IMG/VR virus record: IMGVR_UViG_3300028887_000066
Location: 32,001-96,000 of that record
Length of the DNA stretch: 64,000 nt
Strand: one strand, 5' to 3'
Source of the DNA: a virus
Lineage: Duplodnaviria; Heunggongvirae; Uroviricota; Caudoviricetes
The notes under the pieces were generated by a model. It saw nothing but the letters and a program-made list of their open reading frames with translations, had not been told where the DNA came from and searched no databases. A program made the position numbers and the translations under genes. Shown here piece by piece: positions 10,001 through 19,900 of the stretch. Within the stretch, counting starts at the first letter, position 1, and each line of letters starts with the position of its first letter.

Positions 10001-12658
10001 TATAAACCTCTTTTTGAAATTAACCACTCTCAAAATATCATCGTCTTCAGATTCTGGGTCTTTAAACTCATTATTAGCCAAAGCCGAATTTACCTGTGTG
10101 CTAAATTCATTTGTGTCTAACTTTATTCTCTCAGAAAGCTTTTCACCACTTTCATCAGCAGACTTTTTCCATCGTTGAATATCTTCATACCTGTCATAAC
10201 CAAATACTCGCAACAATTTATCTGAACTCTCCTTATCTTTATAATATATAGCAGAACCCTTTTTATCACTTGTAAAGTATATGGCCGTATTTATTTCAGA
10301 AGATGTAACCCCACTATTACCTATTTCTATAACCGACGCAAGACTTTCTGTTTGTTGCTTACCATAGTAATTCTTTAAATCTTCTAATATATTAAGATCA
10401 TTTTCTTTTGCCCTTAATAAATGTTCTTTAAATTTTTTACTTGGTACATTTTTATGTAGACTAGTATAATTAGCCGCTTCATTTATGCCTATACTATCCA
10501 TATCGTCCCCACATTGATACCTTGAAATCAAATAGCGGCAAGTATAAAAATAAAGCAATTCGCCAAACATGTCATCTTCATTTGGACTTGTCGTAAAATA
10601 AGAATACGGATTAACGCCGTCATGAAGTACATCAGTAAGAGCCAACATATTAAAACCGCTATTGTTTACGGTTTTGGCTTCATCATTATAATTTTTATCA
10701 TTAAGTCCATTCGCTATATATTCCTTTGCTTTACTTTTAGCCGCTAAAGCGCCTGACAATAATTTTTCCACGTATTCCACTTCAGGCATATTCTTCAACT
10801 CAGGAATTGATCCAGGATAAACCTCTACTCGCTTATTGTCTTCTTGTTTAAAAAAAGCAGCAAATGGGGGGACAAAACTATCATTAGTAGCATAAGCGTT
10901 AAGGTCTGTCATTTCACGGCTAATTCCAAAACTACTTAGTTTTCTGTTCGAGCTTTTTATCTCCTTCAATTTACCGTAGAATCCCCTCATGAAGCAATCC
11001 ATATGGGCAAAAAGCATCCTAAAATAGTTATTTATTGTTGGAATAAAACCAAGTGCTGCAACACAAGCATCGTTCATATATTTAGTGTTTTCAGTAGCCT
11101 TAGATGATATTCTCATGTTAAGGTCTGAAATCCTATTATTTATTTTTTTATGAACATCACTAAACAGCATTAAACGACTAAACCAATTTCTATTTGGGTG
11201 TTCAACAAGACTTCCGTAAATTGACGGAAAATTATCACTCAGCCCATTTAAAGATGTTAAATTCGATGTTTCTGGGCAAGTTCTATTCGCTCTTTCAACG
11301 TATTCGTTTCCATTTTTATCATAGAAACCATCACAATTAGTTTTAAGTGTAACATCCTTTCGTAAAGAACCGTCGTTTAAAAATATTTGTGGAAAAACGG
11401 CGTTTAGTTTTGTCTCGGCATTACTTTCATATTCCTCATATTTATCAACAAACTCCTTCCAATAGTCTTTATCATATACTATCTCCGTTTCTTTTGTCTC
11501 ACCAAGACATAACAATCCAATGATATGTCCGCCTTCTATTTCTGTTAATACCTTAACATCGTGATTTCCATTTTTTATACTTTTTGTAAAATTTGACAAA
11601 ACTTCCACAATACCATTTAAAGTGTTAATTTCGTTTTGCCATTTTATACCATCATTAAACGTGGTATCCTCGGTCTCCCCGCTTTTAAACTCATCTTTCT
11701 TTTTGTTAAGTTTGTCGCATCTTTCCAAATATTCAATAAAAGTACATATCCTGTTTCCTTCTCCTCCACTTCCATTATCAAATTTATAATCGGCATCATC
11801 CCACTCTGCCCAATGTTCCTTTTCTGTCTCAAGGTTCATTCCATAATAAGGCGCACAGATAAGGAAATTAAGAGGAACATCCGTATAAAGCCCATACATA
11901 TATCCAATAAACGACACAGTAACCTCAAAATTCCCTGTCTCTGAATTAAAGTTATTTTTAAATTCATTTACAGCAAGAATAAATGTGATACTATTTCCAT
12001 AATAGCCTTTTATGGTAAGCAAAAATCTTGGATAAGGAAAACGAAACAATGCCCTGAAAAAATTATTGTAACCTGTAGCAAATTGACCCGCAACATTATC
12101 ACTTATATTTTTCCTTGCTTTCTGATCGGCTATATAAGCCATATCAGTAGGCATCATGAGCGAATATCCCCTTACGTCAATAAACTTAATGTTAACCTGA
12201 GGATAAAAATGTGAATCAAATGTAATATCAACGGATTCTATACCAAGACTTTCCTTATCACTTTTCTTGTCTCGATACATCTCCTGATAACTTGCATTCA
12301 AATATGACGTTGTGAGGTCATTACTAATTGTAGTGACCTCATCGTTATGGTTTTTACCTTCAATATCCGAACCCTGCATGAACGAAATATAACGTCCAAG
12401 TGCCGTACTATTATCATTTGTTATCTCAACAGTGAATATTTCATTGAAACTGTGTTGCCCACAATCTTCCCTATTAGGCATGATGACCTGTAGGTCAACA
12501 GACATATTTAAATCCTCAGGATTCCAAAAATGCCCATCAACATGGTGATTTGAATCTGTCACGGCACTTCCGTTAAAACTATGTACGCCCTCAAGTGCCA
12601 CCAAATCATTAGGCTCTATATACAAAAGCCTGCCATTTGTCTTCGTTACATTAGCCAT
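7082..12658 (-). CDS. large baseplate hub / tail-tip protein with C-terminal CHAP-like amidase and lysozyme-like domains
   Basis: 1858 aa in the baseplate cluster. Hub-like segments (LGIESVDITF, VEMLGCANIMPLMYFQL...FRGAYIITNVEHHI). C-terminus has HWCATAV..PGDVA..GHVCMY..WVSDFGQ, then a TIIYKYCPP..EN..YI..MARIEQG domain. Confidence 0.7.
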   Translation of the reverse strand: MANVTKTNGRLLYIEPNDLVALEGVHSFNGSAVTDSNHHVDGHFWNPEDLNMSVDLQVIMPNREDCGQHSFNEIFTVEITNDNSTALGRYISFMQGSDIEGKNHNDEVTTISNDLTTSYLNASYQEMYRDKKSDKESLGIESVDITFDSHFYPQVNIKFIDVRGYSLMMPTDMAYIADQKARKNISDNVAGQFATGYNNFFRALFRFPYPRFLLTIKGYYGNSITFILAVNEFKNNFNSETGNFEVTVSFIGYMYGLYTDVPLNFLICAPYYGMNLETEKEHWAEWDDADYKFDNGSGGEGNRICTFIEYLERCDKLNKKKDEFKSGETEDTTFNDGIKWQNEINTLNGIVEVLSNFTKSIKNGNHDVKVLTEIEGGHIIGLLCLGETKETEIVYDKDYWKEFVDKYEEYESNAETKLNAVFPQIFLNDGSLRKDVTLKTNCDGFYDKNGNEYVERANRTCPETSNLTSLNGLSDNFPSIYGSLVEHPNRNWFSRLMLFSDVHKKINNRISDLNMRISSKATENTKYMNDACVAALGFIPTINNYFRMLFAHMDCFMRGFYGKLKEIKSSNRKLSSFGISREMTDLNAYATNDSFVPPFAAFFKQEDNKRVEVYPGSIPELKNMPEVEYVEKLLSGALAAKSKAKEYIANGLNDKNYNDEAKTVNNSGFNMLALTDVLHDGVNPYSYFTTSPNEDDMFGELLYFYTCRYLISRYQCGDDMDSIGINEAANYTSLHKNVPSKKFKEHLLRAKENDLNILEDLKNYYGKQQTESLASVIEIGNSGVTSSEINTAIYFTSDKKGSAIYYKDKESSDKLLRVFGYDRYEDIQRWKKSADESGEKLSERIKLDTNEFSTQVNSALANNEFKDPESEDDDILRVVNFKKRFIHRHFSSYGRMINGNNGYNLSLFVYDLMETLIWDYPSNLLSGRGNNRHEFIWRTTRSDAFKNLFRYIGEISNKTSITCISPLTLMFIHSYLSGYYDDTSHYYYYYGDSSRGFQKDFKECTDNLSTIIKEEAKKVFDKFLASNEWRTISNYLKNIIIDNGSPSEDVDNHNSVALREMLYDGIFSNIHKKYFYEIKDENNGDSISMPLSEYVAFVNALSNVYGDQKSLEEAAENNVDETDITENYKLEAYNALKNLYDKWINSYSVSDFELRTPIDDFDVKTSRYVNDQLHYGSNNGHRGIKEYDNFVFIDSFYNDISSRFKINPDTIYKLIADQLDNKSNYSVYEFMADVCQKNRLLFLALPVLNNFYSKNGLENIFRPQIENTMKRGFGSTYVCMYTYEVSHVLEDESQTSMCDDGITDLNDIASNAAPTTIANLFNKSQSGMPLTIPAFGVTYARQNQQYFKNINVNMDNPRVTDYSIANLFELANWKNDGTLEKPYTIANDVYSIYANRSYNCSVEMLGCANIMPLMYFQLNNIPMFRGAYIITNVEHHIRAGNFSTLFTGVRVSRNQLAFNDDIFNIRRVVGTTTNMDGGLEVYNPVASAVDCSDFDPSKAVELMMGTLCNRDGTKCAYPSPYVTSSSGHWCATAVSKYISVALGYDKDRCRIGNGVQASGYVDSEQGVRKYNFELIPSSESSEYTIPAGWTRAQRQQWTRENALPGDVACMYDGNYSYKALKGYKNGQAQYAYGHVCMYSGDKWVSDFGQSDMYVYNTSDPDRKNLKPIYILRHKNCHKKTVQTMQASGNYHLCEALNYPRNSGKTPHSPFRIFNITRSSEWDKWNGYGINITPKSNFTDYHNRRFTTHTDAVSACKLFILYIKEKYFDVGRNTPKTIIYKYCPPDADENKNNQWCHYIPSLCSFLTKNNAAHKTYDENTVISWDKENICLLGEIMARIEQGINVKAYMPSAWDGIYNT

Positions 12659-12975
12659 TAATCAATAGTATATAAACTGTCGTAATAATCAATCCTCTTA
12701 TTATACTCCTCCAAAGTCTGTTGTAACGGATACGGCACTCTTATGTCGTATCCGTCAGGTATCTCAAATTCCAAGGACGCAACATCGTTATTGGCCATTA
12801 GTATAAGCCAATCATAATTAGGGTCTCCATATATGTCAAACGACACATTGTCCAACCGCGTAAAACCCTTTTTATATGTTACATACATATCACTCGACTT
12901 GAACGGTATGTCTATTTTTGGTACTTTCTTCATTGAACCGTTCCTTATTAGCTTCGTATATCTGTTATATGCCAT
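12658..12975 (-). CDS. baseplate wedge protein, T4 gp53-like (LysM-like)
   Basis: TRLDNVSFDIYGDPNYDWLILMAN...IRVP motif. Confidence 0.8.
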   Translation of the reverse strand: MAYNRYTKLIRNGSMKKVPKIDIPFKSSDMYVTYKKGFTRLDNVSFDIYGDPNYDWLILMANNDVASLEFEIPDGYDIRVPYPLQQTLEEYNKRIDYYDSLYTID

Positions 12976-12992
12976 AATTGCAAACCTTTCAT

Positions 12993-15900
12993 TTATTTAG
13001 ATGGAGTATATAATTTCTTGTAGATAAGTTTTCCTGTTCCATTATCTATTTCAACTCTATCAGACCTGTTATCGTATACGCCTGAATTTGCATAATAATC
13101 AAATGTCTGAGCATTCTGTAACCTATTAATAGGCATATTGAGAGCCTGACCGCCAAGCAAAACGATACCCATACTCACATTCGCATACATAGGTTGCACG
13201 CCAATACCTTCAGGATTCAAATCCCATTGCATACCATCGCTTGAATAGGTTATATTCATCGATTGTATTATAATCCTTGAATAGATAAAATCACCTATTC
13301 TAAGCACACATACAGGCATACGCCCAAATGACAGGTTTCCTGCTGTAGGGGCTGTATTCGCGTAATCAGACAAATCAGATGCCGATACAGTATGTCCTTG
13401 TCTTGTACATTGGTGCAAGAAATTAAGCCTTTCGTTAAAACCTTCAGGGGTCATTGAGTGGAACGCTGGGTCAAAATACCTATATTTATCCTTGATACTC
13501 TTATACAAAACAGGGTCATTCACATCAAGTTCTTTGAAAAATTGATATTCATTGGCATAGCGTATCTTAGACATTTCATCATTTGCATCAGCACGTACAT
13601 TCAAAGTTCTTAAATACGTAACCTGATTTCCCTGTGAGTCCATACTTGTAATCATGGAACCGTCGGCATTTTGATTACCATCATTTACATCGCTATTAGT
13701 TGCTTGTTCGTCATCAATATTTCCAGCATTTGAAACAGTTGGATTATTTAATACAATAGTCACTATTGCACAACGCTGCAATTTTGGGTCAGGTGTATTA
13801 ATTTCCATATTATCCTCTGACACACTTGACTCTTTTGTACCAAATTCAACATTACCGCTAAAATTCAACGCCTCTTTCAATGTAGAACCTACACATTTCG
13901 CACGTCTATTAGCCAACTTATCAGTATTTTTGTTATCTTGATTTGTCGCAACACCATCTACTTTTATGGAAGATACTTGTCCGTTAGAGAATAGATCACT
14001 CAACTCCGTTATTTTCCCCTCACTGTCAGAATTGATACCTTTTATAAAGTTTTTCTCGCCATCACTGAGCTGACTGTTAAATATAGCGGCAAATACCTCG
14101 GCAAATGTATATGTAGCCCCGTATTCTGTACTTGGCTTGTCCAATTTACTATTCATATAGTATGATGATGTGTCAGTATAACTTGATTGGATAAGTCCAG
14201 GCTGTCTTAAATCCATATCTACACGATAATAAAACTTTCTATACGGTTTTTGTATTTTTTCCGTTTCTGAAAGTTCTGTTCCATAATACCAATTTCCAGA
14301 ACCTTTAGTGCCATAGTTTCTCGCCCAATTAAAATTTTCTCCATCGACACTACTTATACCATTTGCCGACATTTCATAGCCACAATATTCTGAGCCATCA
14401 GAAGGTACGGTCAGATTTTTACCAAATAACAGATATTTCCACCAATCATCATCAAGGTATCCTTTAGTTTCCCATTGACTCTGCTGAACTCTTTCATCAC
14501 CTATATAATTTCTGTTTCCTGAATAATTATTCGGGAAAAATACAGCAAATTTTATTTCTTTTCCGTCACCAGGTATTTCTTGTATTAGTCTGATGGGATT
14601 TTGATCATCTCCATTCTCATCTTGTACATCATCTTTAACTATAAGTGGTTGGCATCCAGCATAAAAACGAAGTATATCATCATCTATAGTACCATTCTGA
14701 CTTTGTTTGTCTTTCTCATCGACAGCATTGATGACTGATGGATGGTCTATAAGCAACGTAAAACTTAATTGCCCCGTCCTATCAGTATTAGAATATGTGT
14801 AAACCTTTTCACCACGCCCAATAAATGAATTAGCAGACCAATCTACTGTTACATTTTCTTGAAAATCAAGGTCATATGGTGGAAACCACATTATTCTTCC
14901 TTGGTTTGGCCCTATTTGTTCGCTTGATAGGCTATTCCCTTTTCTAGAATAATCTTTCCATGCTAAATTTTCAATCGAGAACATACATCTTTTAATATCC
15001 TCGTTTTCTGCACTATATGGAGTGATCTTGGTCATTCCATTTTTTTGGAGTACACTGTTTTTTATCAGATATTGCGCTCCGCCTTCTGAATCAATATATC
15101 CTCCATTCCCATCAGTAACTCTCGCCCTATATTTTTTCACCAATTCATCGTCACGTATGTCTTTTACGACGACAGTATCACCACTTAATCCCGTAAATGG
15201 TCTTATGGCATCTCTATATCTTGAATATTGGCGATGATACGTCCACGCTCTACAATACGGATTCTGGTATGCGGAAGTGGTACTTTCATTCGGATTATCC
15301 TGTGCTTTTAATGTCAATAATGTACGTCCTTTTCCCCTACCAAACACATCATGCCATTGAGTATCTATTGTATTGTTTTCTATCTCCCTGTCAACACCTG
15401 TGTAATAACGCCCCACCATCGTTTTTAACTTATGGGACATAAATAGTCTATCTGTTTTGTTAATTAAACGATTATACGCTTTATTAACAGCGGTATAAGT
15501 ATCAAATTCACCACTTAAAGCGTCTATATAACCCTTAAATGACTCGTTATCTTGATTAGAGTCATCATATATTTCATGGGTAACTCTCGCAGCAACACTA
15601 CCACTCTTACCATTTTCACGATAATTAGCTTTTTCCCTGTCATATGTGCTATATATTTTACCAGGATGATATGTTGAATGTGCTACGTTTAATCTTTTAT
15701 CATCAAACTCAGAATAAAGTGTATTATATACTCCTTCAGCTTGGTTTTCTATTTGTTCAATGACCGTAGGTATCGTACTTGTTGAACCAAAGGCATCGTA
15801 TGCTTTTTCATAATCCAAGCCAATCACACCATCATTGTCAGATGTAATAATATCTTCTAAATGAATTATCTTAGTATCAATACCTAATTCATCTCTTGTA

Positions 15901-16760
15901 CGTCCTGTACGCTGATCAATCCTTAAAATATCACTCAGTCTGAATATGGTTTGTAAATTATTACCATACAAACCGAATAACGTAGGAGTTATATAGGGAT
16001 GCCCTGAACTTATTTTATCTCTTCCCCTTGTCGAATTGAACTTAGCACCGTTATATAATGCCTGAGAATATAATTGGCTGGTAATGATGCCTAATCTCGT
16101 GTCAGAAGCTTCCGAAACAAGTGCTTGCTGTCCACTGATACTACCTTTAGTAGCTGAATTGATACCATTAAGAACCCAATTACCTAAATTAGTGAATCCT
16201 CTCTTATAGCCATCAGGATTTGTTGTAATTTCACCATTTAATGCTTCTGCTACACGTAAATCTTTAACTACACCTACCTCAGTCTCTCTTAATGCGTATT
16301 CAGTCTTTACATTAGCCATTATACCGTTGATAAAAGTAAATGCATTGGACTGATTCGAAGCAAAAAGATTATCAATATACAAACGGTAGTCTTCAAAACT
16401 ACCTCCCCATCGCTGCATATTGGCACTAAAGCTGTCATTCACAGAAAAAGGTCTCTCTTGTTCTCCATTTGCGTAATAATAGAAATTCTTATGTCTTGAG
16501 GTAACTTCATAATCGGGTTTATCTCCATATGTATATGCCAATAGACCAAGGTTATCTGTCATTGACTTTACATCCTTGGTCTGAATTTGATAATATTGCC
16601 CCATTAATGGGTATATATCATTCTTGTATTGAGCATATGTATCCTTCAAAATGATCAATTTGTTACGTATATCGGTATTTTTTTTCAAAACGCCATCTAC
16701 TTTCTTGATATTTGAGATACTTCTATCATTTACATTCCTTTTTCTTTTCTGAGTGCCCAT
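12993..16760 (-). CDS. baseplate / tail-tube initiator-like protein with inserted OmpA-like domain
   Basis: Tube-like halves (FPPYDLDFQENVTVDW..IGRGEKVYTYSNTDRTGQLSF; PVCVLRIGDF..IQSMNITY..WDLNPEG) flank IKVDGVAT..NTDKLANRRAKCV..QRCAIV. Confidence 0.6.
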   Translation of the reverse strand: MGTQKRKRNVNDRSISNIKKVDGVLKKNTDIRNKLIILKDTYAQYKNDIYPLMGQYYQIQTKDVKSMTDNLGLLAYTYGDKPDYEVTSRHKNFYYYANGEQERPFSVNDSFSANMQRWGGSFEDYRLYIDNLFASNQSNAFTFINGIMANVKTEYALRETEVGVVKDLRVAEALNGEITTNPDGYKRGFTNLGNWVLNGINSATKGSISGQQALVSEASDTRLGIITSQLYSQALYNGAKFNSTRGRDKISSGHPYITPTLFGLYGNNLQTIFRLSDILRIDQRTGRTRDELGIDTKIIHLEDIITSDNDGVIGLDYEKAYDAFGSTSTIPTVIEQIENQAEGVYNTLYSEFDDKRLNVAHSTYHPGKIYSTYDREKANYRENGKSGSVAARVTHEIYDDSNQDNESFKGYIDALSGEFDTYTAVNKAYNRLINKTDRLFMSHKLKTMVGRYYTGVDREIENNTIDTQWHDVFGRGKGRTLLTLKAQDNPNESTTSAYQNPYCRAWTYHRQYSRYRDAIRPFTGLSGDTVVVKDIRDDELVKKYRARVTDGNGGYIDSEGGAQYLIKNSVLQKNGMTKITPYSAENEDIKRCMFSIENLAWKDYSRKGNSLSSEQIGPNQGRIMWFPPYDLDFQENVTVDWSANSFIGRGEKVYTYSNTDRTGQLSFTLLIDHPSVINAVDEKDKQSQNGTIDDDILRFYAGCQPLIVKDDVQDENGDDQNPIRLIQEIPGDGKEIKFAVFFPNNYSGNRNYIGDERVQQSQWETKGYLDDDWWKYLLFGKNLTVPSDGSEYCGYEMSANGISSVDGENFNWARNYGTKGSGNWYYGTELSETEKIQKPYRKFYYRVDMDLRQPGLIQSSYTDTSSYYMNSKLDKPSTEYGATYTFAEVFAAIFNSQLSDGEKNFIKGINSDSEGKITELSDLFSNGQVSSIKVDGVATNQDNKNTDKLANRRAKCVGSTLKEALNFSGNVEFGTKESSVSEDNMEINTPDPKLQRCAIVTIVLNNPTVSNAGNIDDEQATNSDVNDGNQNADGSMITSMDSQGNQVTYLRTLNVRADANDEMSKIRYANEYQFFKELDVNDPVLYKSIKDKYRYFDPAFHSMTPEGFNERLNFLHQCTRQGHTVSASDLSDYANTAPTAGNLSFGRMPVCVLRIGDFIYSRIIIQSMNITYSSDGMQWDLNPEGIGVQPMYANVSMGIVLLGGQALNMPINRLQNAQTFDYYANSGVYDNRSDRVEIDNGTGKLIYKKLYTPSK

Positions 16761-16943
16761 GTTATCTAGATATTATCTAAACTAGAATAAAATAATTTTT
16801 ATATATAATAACATGTACTAGCTAGAAGCTATATAACATGAATAATATATATTATTTTTTTATATATTAAATAAAATATTCATGTTATCATGTTAATATC
16901 CTAGATCTACATGAAAAATTAACTGTTAAAAGTTACAAAAATA
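16758..16943. repeat. AT-rich intergenic region with ATAACATG/CATGTTAT repeats and palindromes (candidate origin)
   Basis: 8-mer copies at 16758, 16808, 16833 and 16881, plus one with a single mismatch at 16889; 12-bp inverted repeat 16833-16844/16877-16888; 16-bp palindrome 16841-16856. Confidence 0.45.
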
Positions 16944-16953
16944 TCTTCAACAA

Positions 16954-19900
16954 TTAGAATTTCTTGTAGTGACTGTTCTTGTCGTAGCTCATATGTGTCT
17001 TTACATTGAACTTTTTCATCACTTCATTGGTTATCTTTTCAATGAATAATGGATTATCGAGTAATTTCTTAGCATCAATTTCCTTTGAATATGCCCCTAA
17101 ATCCAATTTAATTGTTCCTGTAACATTAATAGGTGATATATCGACTCTTGACGGGCCGATGTCCTCCCTATTAACACCAACAGCATTAAATGGTTGATCA
17201 ACGTGCGTGATATTCATTTCATTACCCCTTGGTGTAACGGTTATATTGTTCACTACATCACTCTGCCTGAATGATGGAATGAACGGATTTTCCATAAACC
17301 TTTGATTTACAGGAATTTGACCTGTAATAACAGGTTTTGCAACAGGATTATTAAGACCACCATCCCTAAATTTAGGTATTGCAGGCAGATTTCCATTTAC
17401 ATGTTGATCATTATTTTCATTACCCCTTGGTGTAACGGTTATATTGTTCACTACATCACTCTGCCTGAATGATGGAATGTTGTAATTACCTCCAACATTC
17501 CTATTGAAATAGCTTGTAATGTTAGAATTTACGTTTTGTCTATTCAAACCACCATTTTTATATCGAGGTGTCGGTTTTGTGGTTTGATCAATATGTTGAT
17601 TCCTATTAGTAATGCTAACATTGCTTATGGTATTGCTTGTACTGTCAAAAATCTGTGATGTATTATTTCCGTTATGTATATCAACAATGGCAGAATCATC
17701 CTCAATGAAGTGTGGAACTAATCGTCCGCCATCTCTCATACTTTCTAATATCTTAAAGTTTTCAGGTACTTTAACTTTATCGGCTGGTACGATATATTCA
17801 TTCTTAGATAACAGTGCCAAATTAGAATCACTTGTTTCAGTACCTATACCATTTACAACACCACCTTCTTTAAATGGGGGTATATCAGCAAGAGACAAGC
17901 CTTCTTGTTCATATATTTTTCTTGCTAACTCGTTATTACCTGCTATTACGGCCTTTCCACCATTTGCTATTGATTTAAGTTCAGAATTAGTATAATCACC
18001 CCTCAAAGCAAGCGCACCACCCGATTTATTAAGAATTTCATTTCTATATTTTTGATCCTTAAAGTTGCTACTAGCTTTAAATCCACCTATAGCACCACCG
18101 ATAACAGCACCTGCCAAAGCACCCCACGGGCCAAACATCATTCCCATTCCAGCGCCCATTCCTGCACCTTCAAGAATACTTCCTCCAACATAACGATTTC
18201 TGACAGCACCTGAGAAATCACCTCTATCCATATGCTGTGAAGCATTAGATCTGAGCATATCACCTCCTATACCTGCACCAACACTTGCAAGCATACCTAC
18301 ACCCATTCCCATTCCTGATGCTCTCATTGCATTTCCGAATGCGCCGATTCTGCCAGAGCCTCCTTGATAACGAGAGGCATTATATGCTGCTCTGAATTGT
18401 CTAAATTGACCGCCACCTCTTGCGGCAGCAACATTAGCGGCATTTACGGCATAACCTCTTGAACCACCACCTACATTTATTCTTCCACCAACAGCATCTC
18501 CACGAGGCATTGCGGGATTAGGAGACATTTGTACCGCACCTTTTTTACCAAATGAAGTCATTGCGTTATATCCGCCATTTAGCATGCCACCAGTTGCAAG
18601 TAATGCTTGGATAGACCTAACGCCAAAATTTATTACGGCTAATGTGGCGGCGTAACCTGCGATTACCCCAAGCGTCCCCTTAATAAAATTACCGATGCCC
18701 GTAATTTCAGAAAGCCTTGCCATTTGGTCATCACGAGCTTTCTGAATAGCTTCCATTTTCTCATTGTACCCAAGAAGCGTTTGAGTAATGGTCTTGATAT
18801 TGTCTGAATCCTTAATGCTTGTCTTTGTAAGAACATTTACATCTTCTTGTGTAAGTGTTGAAACATCTCTCTTAACACCATTAAGATTGACATAAGCATT
18901 ACCTCTTTCATCAAGTTGTGCCAAATTAAGTACGGCATTCTTCTGTTCCTCACTCCATCCCTTTCCGCTCACAGTAGGCTCTATTACCTTTCTTCGTCCT
19001 TGTGCAAAGATGGATTCCATAAGACCAGTATAATCCATTCCTGTGGCCTCGGCAGCGGCTCTTATCCTTTGACGATTGAATGCACTTACCTCAAGCTGAC
19101 CAGTATCTTTGTTAAATTTAGCCATGTTTCCAAACATACCCTCCAAGTTCTTTTCAAGCCCTTGGATGTCATTGAGTCCGTAATAAAGCATTCTCAATGG
19201 ATCGGAGAACTGGTTAAATGAACCACCTAACACGGATAACTGTGCGCCTGATTTCATCGCACCCTCTAAGGTAGAAACCTTATCTGCGAATCGAGCCACT
19301 TGTTGCATATCAAGTTTTATCTCCGTTGAACGCTTTGCCATTTCCTTCAGGCTGTGCAAACCTCGTTCAAATGTATAATTCTGTGCAAGTTTTATATTGT
19401 TAAGGAAATTTTTGGAATATTTTTCAAAAGAAACACCTTCTTTATTGGCTTCCTTGAACATTTCTCCAACTCTTTCTCCAACCTCATCAGGGTTAAGACC
19501 GAAATTTTCCAATGAAGTAGCAAACTGATTAGCGGCTTCATCGCCAACCATCGTCTTCATTGCAGCCATTGTTTCAAGCTCGTCCTTGGTCATATCGGTA
19601 CGTCTGCCTATAGTTGCATTGTACCTTTCCTGCAATTGGATAAGCTCTTTCGCATTGACATTATATTTGCCTTCGATGTTGTTACTTGTAGCAAATCTAA
19701 GAATGTCACCGCGCATTCTCTCAAACTGACGTTGTGACAAACCTATATGTTTTGCATAATCGGCGGCTTGTTGGTCAAGGTCTCCCCAAGGCTTATTAAT
19801 ATCCTTGACAATACCAAGAATCTCCGTAAAACCCTTCTTGATTTCAGAAATACCATTAGTGAAGCGTGCTGTATTCATTACCCTCTGATCAAGGTAATGA

